From NCBI RefSeq assembly GCF_009914755.1, contig NC_060932.1: DNA of 64,000 nt. The stretch is one strand, 5' to 3'. Below the pieces are notes generated by a model that was not told the origin of the DNA, did no database searches, and was given only the letters and a program-made list of their open reading frames with translations. Shown piece after piece: positions 15,699 to 29,571 of this stretch. The position numbers were made by a program, and so were the translations under genes. This DNA comes from the human T2T-CHM13v2.0 reference genome, Homo sapiens. Each line of letters opens with the position of its first letter. The first letter of the stretch is position 1.

Positions 15699-16003
15699 TG
15701 CTCTCTTTTTTTTAAAGATTGTTTCAAGACCATGAATCTCTCTTTGCTGTCAGGCTGACACTACTGTACATTTATAAATCTGACTTTTATGAATCATCAC
15801 AAATTCTATTTCTCTCTGTTCCAAAGAATGAGGAAGTAGGGCTGAGCAGAGTGATAAATGTAGATTCTTTCCATGTGGTGCCTGTGTTGACAGTGCAACG
15901 CCTATAAACAAGAACAGAGAAGCAATTCTAAAATTGATCTCCAGCTTAAAGTCACACATTTTGTTGAGTTTCTGTGCAAAATGTTGGCACCAAGGACTCT
16001 TGC

Positions 16004-16230
16004 TGTGTTATAATAGAGAGAGTATAAACTTTGAAGTCAGGCACACTCTGAATTAAACATGGACTCCCCAAATATGACTTTTTATCTCTGTGACTTTAGG
16101 ACAATTTACTTAACCCCTTTATGCCTTGATTGTATTGTCTGTAAGTTGGCAATATTTGTAACTACCTTGCACGGTGGTTATAAGGAGTAATGTTCAAATT
16201 TAGCAGTGTATCTCGTACAGTTAGACTGAA
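16004..16230 (+). mobile_element. MIR SINE
   Basis: actttgaagtcaggcacactc...tgtgactttaggacaatttacttaacccc...ctgtaag. Confidence 0.7.
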
Positions 16231-16928
16231 AGAGCTACTCTCTATAATTAAGGAGAATAATTAAGAAATGTGCTATTTAAGGTCCAGTTTACCCTAAGTT
16301 ATGCTTTCTAAAAAATGGATCTGCTAGAAATGTGATTTTTCTGCTTCCACTCAATTCCTTAGTCAGTAAATTAAAACAGTTCTTAACATCAGGAGAATTA
16401 TGAATTTATATTTATATTTTCATAGCCCAAATTTCCATTTAGTAGCATCTGATGACAGTATAAACCACAGCCTAGGATAATATTTAGCCTATTAAATTCA
16501 TTTTTTTACAAGAGAGAGGAAATAGGACATTAGTTTATTACTTTGCTGATATTAGCATCTCTTCTAAAAAAGCTTTCCCTAAAAAAGCACACACCACATA
16601 CTCCAAGAGCTGCTAATGCCTATTTCTTTTTTTAATGCAAAAGCTTTTCTATCATAACCCTTACACAGATTTATATAAATCAATGTTCTAACACTGTAAT
16701 AGAGGTGAATCTTGCTTTAATAAAATCAAATATATAAAAATCCTAATGCAGAAAAATAATTAATTAGGACATTTAAAGCATAACTATCCGCTCCTGGGAA
16801 TATTTTAAAAAATCAATTTCAGAAAAAAAATGTTTATTATGAATTATCAGAAAGTCACTTGAATAAAGGAAGCAGCCATCAATATTGTTCCAATAGTCAG
16901 ACTACTGATTTCAGTTGTGTTTGGGCAA

Positions 16929-17412
16929 TGTGATAAGCAGATTCATGCTCCCCTGTACCTGCCCCCCATGTGTCCTGTCCTAATCCCTGGAACCTGTGAG
17001 TATGTTATCTCACATGTCAAAGAGGAATTAAAGTTGCCAATCAGCTGACCTTAAAATAGAGAGATTATCCTGAATTATACAGTGAACCCAATGTAATCAC
17101 AAGAGTTCTTTAAAGTAGAAGAAGAAGGTAGAAATAGGGCAGCATAAGAGGGTCTTGGACCACTGCAGTTGGCTAGGAAGATGGAGGAAGGGGCCATGAG
17201 CCAAAGATGTAGGCAGCCTCTAGAAGCTGGAAAAGGAAAGGAAGTTGATCCTCTCCTAGAGGCTACAGAATTGAACAAAGCCTGCCTACACCTTAGCCCA
17301 GTGAGACCATTTTGGAGCTCTGAACTCTAGTACTGTAATACACTAAATTTGCATTGTTTAAAGCCACCAAGTTTGTGATAATTTGTTATAACAGCAATAG
17401 GAAATTAATACA
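16929..17412 (+). mobile_element. MLT1D MaLR solo LTR
   Basis: TG...CA ends; gcagcctctagaagctggaaaagg; perfect 5-bp TSD ggcaa. Confidence 0.9.
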
Positions 17413-18099
17413 GGCAACAAATGCGTGCTGAGTGCATGGTCTGAGCAAGACTTTATGAAAGAAGCAAAGATAAGCACTTAAAACGGTAATAGGGAAGAAA
17501 ATGGGAGAGAGTTTAAGTATCCCAAGAGAAGTACAGCAAAGTGCTGTGGGGCCTCAGGGGAGGGAGATGTTCCTTCCAGCTGGGAGTGAACCCATTACGG
17601 AAAAACCTACTGCAGGGTCTTCACAACAGGCCTCCCAGAGGTAAAAGGTTGCCTAGTTGGCTTTTGGTAGTTTCTGTCAAGTCCTCTGATTCTAGAATTT
17701 CTATTTACAAAAGGACTTAAATTGCATGGACAATTTTCAAGAACTAGCCCATGTGGCTTATATCAGAGAACGTGCTAAACACAAGCAAGAAAAGAAATCA
17801 AAGAACTGCACTGCTCTTTTTCTATCATCTACAATTCAAATCTAGCATTGCAGAAAAGATTTGTTCTCAGAATGGAGTGGGATGGTTAATTTACACAGCT
17901 ATCCTGGGAACCTGTCCTGTTAAACCTGCCTTGAGGCTATGTTGCTTTTCCATACTCTTATCTGTGGAAAATGACAACATCGGTTTTCTAAGTAGTTATC
18001 AACCAAAGAACCAAATGCAAGTTCTCTCTTAAGAGGCAGTGTGGTCATTCAAAGGGCACTGGGTAGAGACTCAGGGATAAAATCCAGCCCCTTATTACT

Positions 18100-18168
18100 A
18101 TCACCAAAGCAGTCTATGAATCAAGCTCATCACCAAAGCAGTCTATGAATCAAGCTCATCACTAAAGC
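18100..18168. repeat. 29-bp tandem duplication (2.4 copies) in a MIR-like segment
   Basis: atcaccaaagcagtctatgaatcaagctc twice exactly, then atcactaaagc. Confidence 0.95.
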
Positions 18169-18846
18169 TTTTAGGGCCTAAATTTTTCTACATCCAAAAT
18201 GAGATGTTCAGTTATTGAGTTTTCCATAATGTAAAGTCAATATCCTCTGAGCTCAGCAACTTAACTAAAGAGAAGTGAGAGCCCAGACAGTCTGGATCCA
18301 CTTTGTGTCATGGCTGGGAAGGACTAAAAAAAAATTTCCAGAACATCAAGACTTGACACTGGCTTTTTCTCCAAGCAATTTTTCATAAGAAACTTCACCG
18401 TGAAATCCTCAGTTGACAGTAAAGAGAGTCAAAACAAAAATGGGAACTGAGAGGCAATAGGGAGTTACCCTCATCAGAGGAAAAGAATAATGGATAAAAC
18501 GAAGATGTATGACCCATGAAGTCTGTCCACTTGGGATTGAGTAACAATGGAACCTTCTAAAAGAATTAGGGGCTTGAAGTCAGATTCCTACGAGCAGGAG
18601 TTCCCAGTTACAGTCTCTGAACTCCTCAGGGCCTCTGTAGTTCCTACAATTCCTCTTTAGATTCTCTGAGCCACCTCAGTATCATACCAATAATTCCTCT
18701 TTTTTCCTAAGCCAGTTTGAGTGGGTGTTCTATCACTTGAAAGCAAATGAGCACATACAAACACAATCAGCACATCTTTGTTCTTTACTGAATTAATGCC
18801 ACTGACTCCTGAAAATGGAAAAAAAACTTGGAGATTTTCCACCTCA

Positions 18847-19300
18847 GTTCATTTGTTCATTTTTTCCTTTGAAAATCTTCAATGGGTGCTTTCTGTGTGG
18901 CAGGCAATGTGCTAGGCTGGGGGAGATAGCAGTGAACAAGAAAGACACAGACCTTGGCCTCATGATACAGTTATTGAAGAATTTAAACATTTAATAAATA
19001 ATGAGTGATACAGAAAGATAGCTACTGGTGCTTGTCCAGGAGGATCTAACTCAGTCTTGAGTTTTACAGAAGGGCTCCCTAAGGATATGACCTTTGAGTC
19101 AAGAAGAAAGAGGAATGAGCCAGATGAGGAGTTGGGAGAAGTGCTGAGCAGAGAAAAAGGTGTGATTAAAACCACTGCAGCATGGCATGTTAGAGGAATT
19201 GAAAAGGATACCAGAATTCCAGAATGCTAAGAAGAGTAAGGAGCACATGATGAACTGGGCAAACATGGGACAGCTTAGGGAGGGTTTTGTAAGCCAGTGT
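18847..19300 (-). mobile_element. L2 LINE 3' region
   Basis: ttcatttgttcatt...ctgtgtggcaggcaatgtgctaggctgggggagatagcagtgaacaag. Confidence 0.75.
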
Positions 19301-19824
19301 ATCAAGGAGGTAACTGAGTTACTTGCTCAAGGATACACAGCTAGTCGGTGGCAGATTGAAACCTATGTCATTTGATTTCGAGACCAATTTAAAATATTTT
19401 AAGTAAAGTCCTTTAAAAATTTTCCCCCATTTCTAAAGGTAACACATACTCATTATAGAGTGAACATATTTTCTATTGGCACAAAAACCACTATGTAAAT
19501 GCCCCCCAGGTTTTGCATTACACAGCTTGCACAATGTACATGGAAGGCTTGAATGACATCACATCATCACCCTCAGAAAATAGAACATCTGCAGAAACTA
19601 GACATCTTTAAAATGGCTTTTATTATAGGATTTGGTCCAGATTTTGCCAAAGAAAACTCTCAAGATTAGAATTCATGGTGAAAATCTGTCCATATACATA
19701 AAAGACCCCCTATCCTTCCCCACATGTCAGATGCTTGCCCATTTTTACTACATAAAACTGCAGACTTGAAGATAATCTGGTGATTATACTCGGAAAAGTA
19801 TCTCTGGAAATGTTATCAAAATAA

Positions 19825-22800
19825 ATAATCTGAATAGGCCTTTATATATTAAAGAAATTGAAACAATAATTAATACCCTTACAAAATAGAAAACACCAGG
19901 CCCAAATAGGTTCACTGGTGAATTCTACCAAACATTTAAGGAAGAAGTTATACCAATTCTCAATGATCTCATTCAGAGTACAGAAGAAAGCAGACTTCCT
20001 AACTCATTCTATGTGGCCAGCATTATCCTAGTACCAAACCCAAAGACATAACAAAAAAACTATGAACTAATATCTTTCATAAACATAGATGCAAAATCTT
20101 CAATAAAAAATTAGCAAATTGAATCCAACAATATATTTTTAAAATTATACTCCATAACCACATGGGATTTATGCCAGGTATGGTTTAACATTCAAAATCA
20201 ATTAATGTAATTAATCGCATCAACAGGCTAAAAAAGAAATATCACACGATTATATCAAAAGATCAAAAAAGCATTTACAAAATTCAACACCTACTCATGA
20301 TTAAAAACTCTCACTAAACTGGGAATAGAGGGGAATGTTCCTAACTTGACAAAGAATATCTACAAAAAACCTACAGCTAGCATCATACTTAAGATGATAA
20401 ACTCACAGCTTCCCACTAAGAACAGGAATAAGGCAAGGGTGTCTCTACTCATTTGCAACATCATACTGGAATGACGCAATAAGAAAAAGAAACAAAAGGT
20501 AGACAGATTGGGAAGGATGAAATAAAACTTTGTTTGCAGGTGACATGATCATCTAGGTAGGAAAGCCAAAAGAATCAAAAAACTCCTGTACTAATAAGGG
20601 ATTATAGCAAGGTTGCAGGATACAAAGTTAATTACTTTTTTATATACCACCAATGAACAAACAAAATTTGAAATTAAAAACACAATACCATTTACATTGG
20701 CATCCTCCAAAGTGAAATACTTAGGTATTTCTAACAAATATGAATGAGATCTAACATAAATCTAACAAATATATATGAGATCTTTATGAGGAAAACTATA
20801 AAACTTTGATGAACAAAATCAAAGAACTAAATAAATAAAGAGATATTCCATGTTTATGGATAGGAAGACTCAATATTGTCAAGATGTCAGTTCTTCCTAA
20901 CTTGATCTATAGATTCAAAGCAATCCCAATTAAATTTCCAGCATGTTATTTAGTGGATATTGACAAACTTATTATAAAGTTTATATGGAGAGGCAAAAGA
21001 CCCAGAATAGCCAGCCAACATTGAAGGAGAAGAACAGAGCTGGAGGACTGACATTACTTGACTTCAAGTCTTACTATAAAGCTACAGTAATAAGACAGTG
21101 TGGTACTGGTGAAAGTGGACAAATAGATCAATGGAACAGAATAGAGACCTCAAAAATAGACCCACAGAAATACAGTCATCTGATTTTTGGCAAAGGAGAA
21201 AAGGCAATACAATAGAGCACAGATAGTCTTTTCAACAAATGGTGCTAGAACAATTGGATATCCACATACAAAAAATAAATCTAGAAAAAGGACTCTTAAA
21301 ACTCAACAATAAGAAAAGAAACAACTTGATTAAAATGTGGCCCAAAGACTTTAACAGATATCTCACCAAACAAGATATGCAGACGGCAAGTAATCATATG
21401 AAAAGATGCTTCACATTAGATGTCATCAGGGGAATGTAAATTAAAATGAGATACTACAACACATCTATTAGAACGCCCAAAATATGGAACACTGACATCA
21501 CCAAGTGCTGGTGAGAATGTGGAGCAACAGAAACTCTCATTCACTGCTGGAATGCAAAACAGTACAGCCACTTTGGAAGACAGTTTGACAGTTTCTTACA
21601 AAACTAAACATACTCTTAATATATGATCCAGCAATCACACTCCTTGGTATTTACCTAAATAAGCTGAAAACTGATGTCCAAACAAAAACCTGTACACAGG
21701 TGTTTATAGTAGCTTTATTCATAATTGCCAAAACTTGAAACAACCAAGATGTCCTTCAGTAGGTAAGTGGATAAACTGTGGTACATCCAGACAATACAAT
21801 ATTATTTAGTGCTAAAAAAGAATGAGCTACAAAACCACGAAAAGACAGGGAGGGTCCTTAAATACATATTACTAAATGAAAGAAGACAATATGAAAAGGC
21901 TACATACTGTATGATTCCAACTATAAGACGTTATTTTAAAAAGGCAAAACTATGGATACAATAAAAAGATAAGTGGTTTCCAGAGGGTCAGAGGGAGGCG
22001 GATTTACATAGATGGAGCAGAGTATTTTTATGGCAATGAAACTATGCATATGATACTGAAAGGTGGCAGAATATGCACCCCAAAATATTTCACTGTGGTA
22101 TAAGGATTATTTTGAGAAAAACACACTTATAAAACAGTATGCAAGAAGGAGACTCTAATCTCCCTAATTTCTTCCTGAAAACAGGAGATAAAAACTACCA
22201 TGTGAAAGACGTCCTCTCTGTACCAAAAGAAAAGAAACATTCTGTGGTGGAAAGTCATGGCTGGAAGAATTCTATACAAACAGGCCTTGTAAAAATAATT
22301 CATATCTTACTTTTGCTGTGCCCCCCGCCAACATAATTTAGTTACTTTTTCACAATTGCCTGTCTTTGTTCAACCTAATGTAGAAGCATTTATGTTTTGT
22401 CACTTCTTTGGGTCTTCATTTCCTTATGAGGAGGGCTCCTGTGTCATATAAAACTTGAATTAAATTTGTATGTTTTTCTCCTGTTGATCTGTCTTATGTC
22501 AATTTAATTCTTGGGACCAGCTAAAAAACCCTAAGAAGCAGAGGTAAAATGTCCCCGCTACAATACTATGATGGTGGATTCATGTCATTACACATTTGTC
22601 CAAACCCATAGAATGTACAACACCAGGGGTGAACTGTAATGCAAACTATGGACTTTGGGTGATTATGTGTCAAAGTAGGTTCATCAGTTGTAACAAATGT
22701 GCCACTGTGGATGTTGACAATGAAGGAGGTTATGCATGTTGTGGGGGCAGGGGTAAATGAGACATCTCTGCATCTTCCTCTTAACTTTGCTATAAACCTA

Positions 22801-22834
22801 AAACTACGCTTTAAAAAGTGTCTTTAAAAAAAAA
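19825..22834 (+). mobile_element. L1MC1-type LINE (ORF2 RT region to 3' end), degenerate
   Basis: ORF2-like LKEKNRAGGLTLLDFKSYYKATVI..IDQWNRIE; 3'UTR catttgtccaaacccatagaatgtacaacacc...ctatggactttgggtg; A tail. Confidence 0.9.
22057..22562 (+). mobile_element. MER34-family ERV1 solo LTR inserted in the L1MC1 3'UTR
   Basis: tgaa...cagaatatgcaccccaaaatat...taaggattattttgag; ends ctaca; perfect 4-bp TSD atac. Confidence 0.85.
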
Positions 22835-24164
22835 ATGAAATCAGCACATCCCCTGCTCTCTTCACGGCTTGCCCTTCAGAGTGTTTCTATCCATTTTAAG
22901 CCCAGAAGATGATATTTTCATCACACAAGCCACAGAAGCCATTTAGGATGTTCCTGCCTCTCTTTGCACTTCTGGCCAGTCCAATTCCTTGGTTGAACCC
23001 AAACCGAGCCCTTCTGAGAATGATTCTTGTGCCAGAATAGAAGCCCCTGTTCTTCCTTCTGGGAAGGTGCTCTACAAGGCTAACACAGAATCAACTTTCT
23101 CCTCCTACTTGGTGGAGCCAGCAGAAGAGCCTCAGGGAGCACCTGGGAAGCAGATCAAGCGCTTGATTAGGATGCCATCCTCTTCACAGTTAATTGGCAG
23201 ATGATTTTAAAAGTTCATGCCTTGGAGTTTGTTCTTTCCGGATTGTCATTTCATTTTCTTGTCACCCACATTAAAAGAAAGTCTCTTTTGCTTGTCCGCA
23301 CAGTTTCCAAGCCTAATAATAAATCACGGTTTCAGCCTCTTGCCTAGAATTTCTGACAGCATAAATAATGCAGGTGCCCAGAATAAAATGTAGTTATGTT
23401 GGTTTTTGCTTCTTTAGCCAAGCAGCTACCAAAAAAAAAAAAGGAAAGAGACTGAATTGATAGATACATTTTACTGTCCAGCTGCCAAGAAGGCATTGCC
23501 GACAATGAGGATTTCAGAATAATAACCCTAAAGAGAGGAGTTCAGAGCATCCCATTCACTGCCCAGCAGCCTGAAAGATGCATTGTTCCCGACAGGTCAG
23601 GTGGAAGACCCCTCCCGTGAATGCAGCATTCTGAGGAAATGCTAAGCCATCCATTTTTTAAAGACCCTCTGACACCAGAGATTTCAAACATGATTTGGTT
23701 CTTAAGGAGCAATACTATATCCTCACAGGTGTGGAATAATCAGACATCTAAGAACAGCAGTTTCTCCCAAAACAGCTGCGGGAAGGATAAAGATACAATC
23801 AGTTCATTTTAAATCTGTACGGTGGACTCTGTAGTTTCGTATTTGCATTCTGAGCACTTGTGGTCGGGCTATGAAGTCAGGCTTTCCAGCTGCTCGAGAG
23901 ATGAGGCCCTGGTATGAGGACTTTGCCCTGGGAAGTATTTGGGCTCAGAAATATATTCTTTAAAATGTCAACATTTAAAAATTATAAAACATTATAAAGG
24001 GAAATGCTTAAAAATAAAACTTCCATCCATTCCATTATCATGCACAGGACCTTTTCTCCATTTTTCTCAGGCTCTCTTCTAATCTTTAATTTGACAAAGA
24101 AAAAAATAAACACTGTTACAGTAATAATATTTAGGTAGCGATTTCCTTGGTTTGTTTTGCAATT

Positions 24165-24350
24165 GGCACTGCACTGAGTGTTTCATGCAAATGACCTCAC
24201 TTGATCTTCACGCTAGCCCCTGGAGGTAAGTACCATGATTACAGACAGGAGAATGCTGTCTTAGGAGAGCACACGGCACTCACCTGAGACACTAGACTTC
24301 ACAGGTGGAGTTACATATTCATGTAAGAGCTGACGCTCAATTCCAGAACA
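24165..24350 (-). mobile_element. MIR SINE
   Basis: gcactgcactgagtgtttcatgca...ctcacttgatcttcac...gaggtaagtac...ttacagacaggagaa. Confidence 0.6.
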
Positions 24351-24579
24351 TTGAGAAGCCAAAAATTTTCCCTCTATTTTTCAATCAATGTGGGCTAATA
24401 AATATCTTCCACAAGACTTCAACACCTCCATGTTTCTCCTCTTCATCTCTTTTTCAGTTTCTAGCCAAATTCCAGTGAACTAATATATCATACTATTTTT
24501 ACCCATTTTCTGATTGCCACAGAGTTCAGTTGCTTCTAGATTTTCCCTATTATAAATAACAATATATAAGCATCTTTAG

Positions 24580-24882
24580 GGCCAGACGCAGCGGCTCATG
24601 CCTGTAATCCCAGCACTTTGGGAGGCCAAGACAGGTGGATCACCTGAGGTCAGGAGTTCAAGACCAACTGGTTAACATGGTGAAACCCCATCTCTACTAA
24701 AAATACAAAAATTAGCCAGGCATGGTAGCACATGCCTGTAATCCCAGCTACTCGGGAGCTGAGGCAAGAGAATCTCTTGAATCTGGGAGGCAGAGGTTAC
24801 AGTGAGGAGAGATTGTGCCACTGCATTCCAGCCTGGGCAACAGAGTGAGACTCCATCTCAAAAAATAAATAAATAAATAAAA
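24580..24882 (+). mobile_element. Alu (AluSx-like)
   Basis: Dimer with (TAAA)n tail; TSD ataagcatcttta. Confidence 0.95.
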
Positions 24883-25119
24883 ATAAGCATCTTTATACAT
24901 CACTTTTCTTCCTTCAAGTTTCTTCTTTGGGAATAATCCTAAAGAGAGTGATTACTTAGCTGTAGGTATGAAAATTGTTATGCTTGTTGACAGAATTTCT
25001 CTTCAGACTTTTAAATGAACTGTAATTGTTACTGACACTAACAAGAATTGAATATACCATTTTCCCACAGGCTTGTCAGCACTACATCACATATATTTGT
25101 TTACTTATAAATACATAAC

Positions 25120-25120
<1 letters not shown>

Positions 25121-25163
<43 letters not shown>

Positions 25164-25165
25164 TT
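25121..25165. repeat. (TTTA)n microsatellite
   Basis: About 11 TTTA units. Confidence 0.95.
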
Positions 25166-25739
25166 GTTCTTAGTTTAATAAATGCCAAATAGTAGCTTAA
25201 CATCATTTGGGTTTTTATTTCTTGAGTTACTGGAAAGGTTGAACATTTTAAAGATGTATTTGTTTGCCATTTGTATTTTCTTTTCTGTAAATTGTATTAT
25301 GACCATTACTCCTTTACTTATTGAGACCCAGTTTTCAATTCTTCACCAGACATAGCTTTGCACATTCTTTCCCCAATTCCCAATTTATCCCAGTGAGATT
25401 ATTATTCCTTATTTTTTACTATATAAGCGCTACATTGCTCTCCCCTGTAAATCTCTTCCCACCCCTTGGGTTTTGCCAGAATTGTTTGTTTGACAGCACC
25501 AGGCCATTTTTGACACTCATCCCTCATATATATCTGTATATATTATTTAAAAGATTTGGGATCTTAAAGAAGGAATGAACTCATTTGCAGTTGCATTATT
25601 CTAATTCTTCATATGAATAACACTTAGCGAGATAAACAGCAGCAGCGGCGGTGGTACAGAGTGAAGAGGAAAGGAGAGAACCCACTGTCCTACTGCAAAC
25701 ACACTGCCAGGAGCACAGGAGCAAATGAGCTGGCGGACA

Positions 25740-25915
25740 TTCCAGGAGAATTTCAGACAAATGGGGCTGAGGCCCTGTCACCTCCTGAACCTGTGGATGA
25801 AACAGTGCCTAAAGCCACTCTTCCTGTCAATGTTTTGTTTTGTTAAACTCTCTTTATTGTCTAACCATTTTAAATTAGGTGAGCTCTTACTAGCCATAAG
25901 TATTCTAACTGATGT
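25740..25915 (+). mobile_element. Old MLT1-type LTR 3' part
   Basis: gaacctgtggatgaaacagtgcctaaagcc...aaccattttaaattagg...tattctaactgat. Confidence 0.5.
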
Positions 25916-26124
25916 TCTCCTTTACAACTCTGAGGGTTAGATATTTTAATTTGTTTTATTATTAAGAGGGACTTCAGGAATGAAGCAGAGTTGGCTGTCT
26001 GGAAGACAATTCGCCCATCTCCTGCCTACTGACCTCTAGTGATTTTGTATACTTATATAATCTTGCCTTTAATAAAAATATAGCACCAAAATTTAAGGTG
26101 TCTTTTAGCTTTAACATTTTTAAA

Positions 26125-26320
26125 CCAGGGACTTTGCCTATTTTGTTCACTATGTGTGTGTTCACAGCATTGAACAGTACCTGGCACATTGCAGGCACTC
26201 AAAATATATTTGATTAAATATATTTTTATTTGTTAAATAAATAAATGAGTAGATGAATTTTTAAATGTGTTTAATAAATAAACGAGTAGATGAATCGATT
26301 AATGAATGAATAAACATACA
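26125..26320 (+). mobile_element. L2 3' end
   Basis: cagggactttgcctattttgttcact...aacagtacctggcacattgcaggcactcaaaatatatttg plus a gaat-repeat tail. Confidence 0.75.
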
Positions 26321-27164
26321 TTTTGAGGGGAAAGACTCCCCAAACAGACAGAGTTATGATTTGAATTTAGAGAACTGTCTCAAGTGTGGTTTCTTAAACT
26401 TGGACTAGGGTTTTATACTGTAAAAAAATTAATACCGCTTTAGAATTTTCTGAAAATTGATATCCAGTCTCTATAGTTTTTGCCAAAGTAATATGTGCCC
26501 TGTTAAGGAAAGAATCCCTGCTGTAGATGGGATAGGCTGTAAAAAAAATTCTGGCTCCGTAATGGTGCATGACATGGCTAATTCCAAATTAGCTTTTCCA
26601 GGTTAAACCGAAGCTACAAATGCCAGGATATGCTGTCCCTTGACCCTTAACTTCTCCAAAACAATATACTTGGAAATATGCAGGCAATATTTGCGTTAGC
26701 TACATTGGCAACCATCTTCTAGTGCTTTCATAGCATGAAATGGCAAATAACCAGAAATTTGGGAAAGCAATCAGAGAGCAAGACCAAATGGGGACATTTT
26801 AATCATCAAGTATACAGAAAACTCATGGTAAGTAAATCAAAACATGAAGTTCCAAAGAATTGTTCTTCAAAAGAGAATAATGTCATAAAGACACCACATG
26901 CACAAGTACACACACGCATATACACAAGATTTGATTCATCCTCCTTTATCCAAAACTCAGGCCATTTCAAATTCAACCAGTTGATTTTCCCTGCAGAAAG
27001 CTTCCAGGCACTCAACATATAAAAGAAGCAAAGTTCATTTATATATAGATGGTCTCTTATTTACAAATATTTTCAAATCAGTGCATTGCTCATGAGTAGT
27101 GATCAAATTGATTTTTAATATATGTTAACTGCAGTAAGAAATGATACAATGGTAAACAGGTAGT

Positions 27165-27375
27165 TATTAAGCATTTATCATATGCTCACCATAATGTCCA
27201 GAACTTTATGTACATTAACCAACATATTCTTACAATGACCTTTGATAGGTAGGTATTATCTCCATTTTACAGAAGAGATTATAGAAAAAGTAATAACTTT
27301 CTCAAGGTCACACAGCTAGTAAGTAGTGAGTCTGGATTTGAACCAAGTTGTCTCTGAAGATTATAGGTCCTGTGT
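27165..27375 (-). mobile_element. MIR SINE
   Basis: aggtaggtattatctccattttacagaagag...caaggtcacacagctagtaagtagtgagtctggatttgaacc. Confidence 0.85.
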
Positions 27376-28249
27376 GGTCCATGAAGGACGCAGAGCCTTC
27401 CAACACCCACAGTTAAATAGCTACACATTTGTTGAGCCTCTCTAGATGCCAGCCCTCCACGAGGTCCTGTTTAGGATTCAGAGATGAACATGACACTATG
27501 GAAGTCATCAAAGTGCTTCCAATCTATTGGAAGTAAATAAAAACTATAAAAGACAGACTGGAAGCTGTGCTGTCAAGAAATTCAAGCAAAGTCCTCTGCA
27601 AATTCAAGATTGGCACCTCTATCCACTGGAGTATACGTTGTTTCTTTGTAGCAGCACTACAAATTGGGGAAAAAAACCACTTTGGCAATCTACTCATAAA
27701 TCCTATTCTTCCCATATCCAGGAACCTCTTGGGTTCTAAGTAAAAAAAAAAAAAAAAAAAAAAATTGTAATTTTTTTCCAGCATACCAGGCCCCCACATG
27801 CTGGCTGGATGGAAAGTGTTAGACAGAGGTCTCCTGGCTGTGGAGATGAAGAGCTTGTGAAACTTTCCTCGAGACACTCCTTTTTGGGGATAAAAGTTAT
27901 TCTTACTGCATAAGGTTGTTGTAAGTATTAAATGAAAAATGTGTGTGTCACCTAACATCTTTGTAAAAGCATAAATCAATGTCAGTTGCCTTCCTTCCAA
28001 AACCTTCTAAAGAAACAAATTATGGAAGACAAATTATAGAATGTATTCCTCGATTTTTGTAGTCATAGTCTATCTTTAAATATTAAGTAAGTTGAAGCTA
28101 CTCAAAATTAAAAATATTTTGGGGAATGAAAAGAAAGCCAAGTGAACATTTACTCATTCACAGAGCTGGCAAGGACATGTCACACATTGCCATATTCCAT
28201 GGCAGGTTCATCCAGAACACATTCCACCTCTTCATGAAGGAGAGAAAGG

Positions 28250-28822
28250 AGCTGGTCGATTGCCTGTTTGGTTTCAATTCCATTCCTTCTCTTCCAGACT
28301 CAGCAAACCCTGCAAGCTACATTCCCCAGAATCCTGCCAACTGGCTTCCAATTAGATCCAAGCAGTGGGAGACATCGGTGGGCATGGAAAGGGCGAAGAG
28401 GGAGAAACCATTGTTCTTCTCTTTGCTCCAGCTACGTACCCAGTAGTGGCAGTCAGTTCTGGTAGTGGTGGCAGCCAGCAGTTCTGGGCTCCTGTGGTGC
28501 TGGCTGTTACAGCAGCAGCAGTAGCAGCAGCCTTGAACAGCTGTGAGCTCCTGCAGCCTTTGTAATTCCAGCAGGCAGAAACAGGAGGTTCCAAAAGATG
28601 CAACTCCAACAGTTCCAGTGAGCACAAGTCAGGGTGCTGGCCCCCCTCTGCCCTTCCATTCTTCCAGTGGTAGCAGCCTCACAGTCTAATTTCTGGGTTA
28701 CCCAACACTCCCTCTTTTTTGTTCCTTCAGCTCTTACTTTTACAATCAGGTCCGTTTTAAACCTCCTTTGTTTGACATACCTAACATGGCTTCTGTTTTC
28801 CTGAGTAGACCCTTACTGATGC
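28250..28822 (+). mobile_element. LTR33-family ERVL LTR
   Basis: gccaactggcttcc...; CAG-rich middle; end tgtttgacatacctaacatggcttctgttttcctgagtagacccttactgatgca. Confidence 0.7.
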
Positions 28823-29571
28823 AATTAATCAAGGAGTGAATGAGAAATCCCTTTCTGATGATCAGAATCATATTCGACCCAAGCAAAACCCATAAAGTAC
28901 AGTCTAATTGTTTTTATAAGCCTTGTCTGGATATAAAAATATCCTCTAATACTTTGCATTTATGTAGAGTTCAAAAGTTTTCTGATGACAAATGGCATCT
29001 CTTCATAGAATGCCAGAATAATTTTGGCAAGTAGTCACAGTTTTAGGCAATTAAAAATATCGTGAGCATGTAGAATGTAAAATTCTTTTGTTTTCCTCCC
29101 GCTATTAGCAAGGCCATTTTTTCTACATAATTGAAAAAGAAGCAAAAGAGAAATCTTAGAACTGGCTGAAAAACTAGGTCCTGGAACCTCTGTTTAAAAG
29201 GCTACAATTCTAACAGGCATCAATAGGAAAGACAAGAAGAATGCTTCAATGGTCTTCCTTCAAGTCTAAGTTTCTCTTTATAAGGGCTCCCATTGGTGAA
29301 CTTCAGCCAACATGCTGAGTTTGGCCTACCTTGTAATTTCACAGAGCTTTTTAGGACAAAGGTTTTAAAACAATATTTTTGGACAATCCTGGCAAGACGT
29401 TGAGCAAATAAAAAAAATGTAAAAACCACCAGTCTCCTGGCTTCTTAATGTCAACAGTATGAAAAAAAAATTCTAAATAGGGAGAAGGAAGGAGCCAATG
29501 GACATTACAGGTCTGATGAGCTCTCAAAATATTAGAAAACTATCAAGACTATCCTCAGGATGTGCTGTTCT

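Larger units (their letters stand above)
24370..25330 (-). mobile_element. L1ME-type 3' region, interrupted by an Alu
   Basis: agttgcttctagattttccctattataaataac...accattttcccacaggcttgtcagcact...aggttgaacatttt...gccatttgtattttc. Confidence 0.65.

Noticed and set aside
18100-18168. CRISPR-like 29-bp direct repeat
   Set aside because: The copies are adjacent with no spacers, there are no cas genes, and the DNA is eukaryotic.
23154-23167. Perfect 14-bp palindrome atcaagcgcttgat
   Set aside because: A few palindromes of this length are expected by chance in 64 kb.
27524-28000. Longest ORF in the track (158 aa)
   Set aside because: It crosses a MIR piece and a poly(A) run, starts at a non-ATG codon and has no recognisable domain.
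28126-28627. Cluster of ORFs with Ala/Cys/Ser runs
   Set aside because: They lie inside the CAG-rich part of an LTR33-family element; no protein family signal.
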